NCBI GenBank assembly: GCA_964632315.1
Contig: CAZWEM010000006.1
Location: 64,593-128,592 of the forward strand
DNA: 64,000 nucleotides
Reading direction: 5' to 3'
From: an uncultured archaeon
GTDB lineage: Archaea > Asgardarchaeota > Lokiarchaeia > Sigyniarchaeales > SOKP01
The number at the start of each line of letters is the position of its first letter. The stretch's first letter is position 1. A program made the position numbers and the translations under genes. Positions 62,413 through 64,000 of this stretch are shown here, in pieces. The notes under the pieces were generated by a model, which was not told the DNA's origin, did no database searches, and saw only the letters and a list, made by a program, of their open reading frames with translations.

Positions 62413-62583
62413 TTATCTACAATTTTTTTTATGATCTGGATAATGCGCATCGCAGAGTGGTTTACCACATTTACGACAGATATTCACACAATTATCACAT
62501 AACTCATTAAAGCACACGATGCACTCATAAAAAATATCGCTAGGATTTTCTCCACAATTTGGACAGATTTTATTTTTGGGCAT
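62413..62583 (-). CDS. Small Cys-rich zinc-finger protein (56 aa), not in ORF track
   Basis: MPKNKICPNCGENPSDIFYECIVCFNELCDNCVNICRKCGKPLCDAHYPDHKKNCR; stop abuts the next ATG (TAAATG). Confidence 0.8.
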   Translation of the reverse strand: MPKNKICPNCGENPSDIFYECIVCFNELCDNCVNICRKCGKPLCDAHYPDHKKNCR

Positions 62584-62707
62584 TCAAATCATATATTTCT
62601 GTTAGAATATAATTAAAATATATTTGATTTTATGATAAAAATAAATCTTTATTATCCATCAAATAAATTAATGAAATTATAAGAAATTAAAATATAAGGT
62701 CGATATA

Positions 62708-63856
62708 ATGGAGAATATTTATTTCTCAGAAGCTATAATTAATGAGCAATTAAAAGTAAGAAAATTTCTGGATAGAGAACTTGAACCTATAAAAGATGAA
62801 TTTTCAAATCAAAAACACGTTCCAATAGAATTATTGAAAAAGATTGGAGAACAAGGATTTTTAGGACCGTTAATTCCAAGAAGCTTTAATGGTACAGAAT
62901 TAGGTTTAATTGCTCATTGCATGATAACAGAAGAGATTTCAAAAGTAAATGTAGCAGTCTCTGTTTCTCGTACGCCTTGCATCTTAATGGGATATCTCCT
63001 TAATAATCATGGAAGCGAGGAAAATAAAAGGAAATATCTAAGAAATGTAGCTATAGGTAGTAAAATATGTAGTATATGCGTAACTGAGGAATATGCTGGT
63101 TCTAATGTCGCTGCGATAAAAACAAAAGCTGAAAAAAGAGAAAATTCTTACATATTAAATGGTTCTAAACGATTTATCACTAATGCGGGCATTTCAGACT
63201 ATTATTTCATTTGGGCTATTTCTGATAAAAGTGAGAACCCTCGAAATGGAATGAGTGTTTTTTTGGTAGAAAAAGATACGGATGGCTTGACTATAGAACA
63301 TCCTCATAATTTAATGGGTATAAATGGAGTATGGAATGGAAATCTCAATTTGAAAAATGTTAGAGTAAATGAAGAGAATTTAATTGGCATACAAGGCATG
63401 GGTTACAATAGTTTAATGGACACATTTAACATAGAACGATTGACTTTGAGTTCTGAGTGTAATGGAATTTCACTTGCAGCTTTAAACGATTCTAAAGAAC
63501 GAGCGAGGAATAGATCACAATTTAACAAACCAATCGCTAATTTCCAAGTTATTAAATTTAAAATCGCGAAGATGGCAACAAAATTACAAGCTGCTCGATT
63601 ATTGACCTATTCAGCAGCAAAACTTGCCGAAATGAACTTAAACATAACAAAAGAAGCATCGATGGCAAAAGCATTTTCAAGCAAGACAGCATTAAAAGTT
63701 GCTACAGAAGCAGTTCAAATTTATGGGGGAGATGGTTATACAGATGTCTTTCCCGTTGAAAGGTATATGCGAGATGCAAAATTCTTTCAAATCGGAGGAG
63801 GAACATCTGAAATCCAGAATTTAATTGTTGCTCGAGAAGAATTAAAAAATGAATAA
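62708..63856 (+). CDS. Acyl-CoA dehydrogenase
   Basis: TE..AGS, LNGSKRFITNAG, R.QF.KPI..FQ, A.Q.YGG.GY, ERYMRDAK..QIGGGTSEIQ. Confidence 0.95.
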   Translation: MENIYFSEAIINEQLKVRKFLDRELEPIKDEFSNQKHVPIELLKKIGEQGFLGPLIPRSFNGTELGLIAHCMITEEISKVNVAVSVSRTPCILMGYLLNNHGSEENKRKYLRNVAIGSKICSICVTEEYAGSNVAAIKTKAEKRENSYILNGSKRFITNAGISDYYFIWAISDKSENPRNGMSVFLVEKDTDGLTIEHPHNLMGINGVWNGNLNLKNVRVNEENLIGIQGMGYNSLMDTFNIERLTLSSECNGISLAALNDSKERARNRSQFNKPIANFQVIKFKIAKMATKLQAARLLTYSAAKLAEMNLNITKEASMAKAFSSKTALKVATEAVQIYGGDGYTDVFPVERYMRDAKFFQIGGGTSEIQNLIVAREELKNE

Positions 63857-64000
63857 AAGCATTATTGTACCTTTTTTCTATATAAATGCTAAATAATGAG
63901 TATACCTATTTTTAAGCTATATATTGAAAATAGAAATTAATAGAAAAAAATATTGTTAGAATTATTGTATTTATGGTTTATCTGGTTCAATTTCAACCTC

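Overview
AT-rich archaeal chromosomal window, most likely an Asgard archaeon of the Lokiarchaeia type. The assignment rests on a gelsolin-domain protein, two roadblock proteins, an MglA/Arf-like GTPase, a divergent actin-related protein, IPG[YF]-TM-basic (Loki-CTERM-like) tails, and bacterial-type gyrase next to archaeal cofE, pdaD and deoxyhypusine synthase. It holds about 58 CDS: cytoskeleton/ESP clusters (1-12.5 kb), an accessory stretch of surface proteins and gene remnants (16-29 kb), gyrBA, cofactor, polyamine and translation genes, and a treT plus sugar ABC locus. The main finding is in gyrB. Its conserved N-terminal motif (GLEGV|RKRPAMYIG) is split by a 33-nt stop-containing insertion (36958-36990). 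The insertion folds into a bulge-helix-loop whose canonical tRNA-splicing-endonuclease cut sites restore the reading frame exactly, so it is a candidate endonuclease-spliced mRNA intron. Other leads are an actin-like / pseudo-caspase (CHAT) / pseudo-PLD operon, a membrane protein that begins with the bacterial EF-Tu N-terminus and carries an isolated metzincin motif, and two small ORFs missing from the track (a 73% acidic peptide and a 10-Cys zinc finger). I recognised no rRNA, tRNA, CRISPR array or intact transposase. All calls come from reading motifs by eye; no database searches were run.
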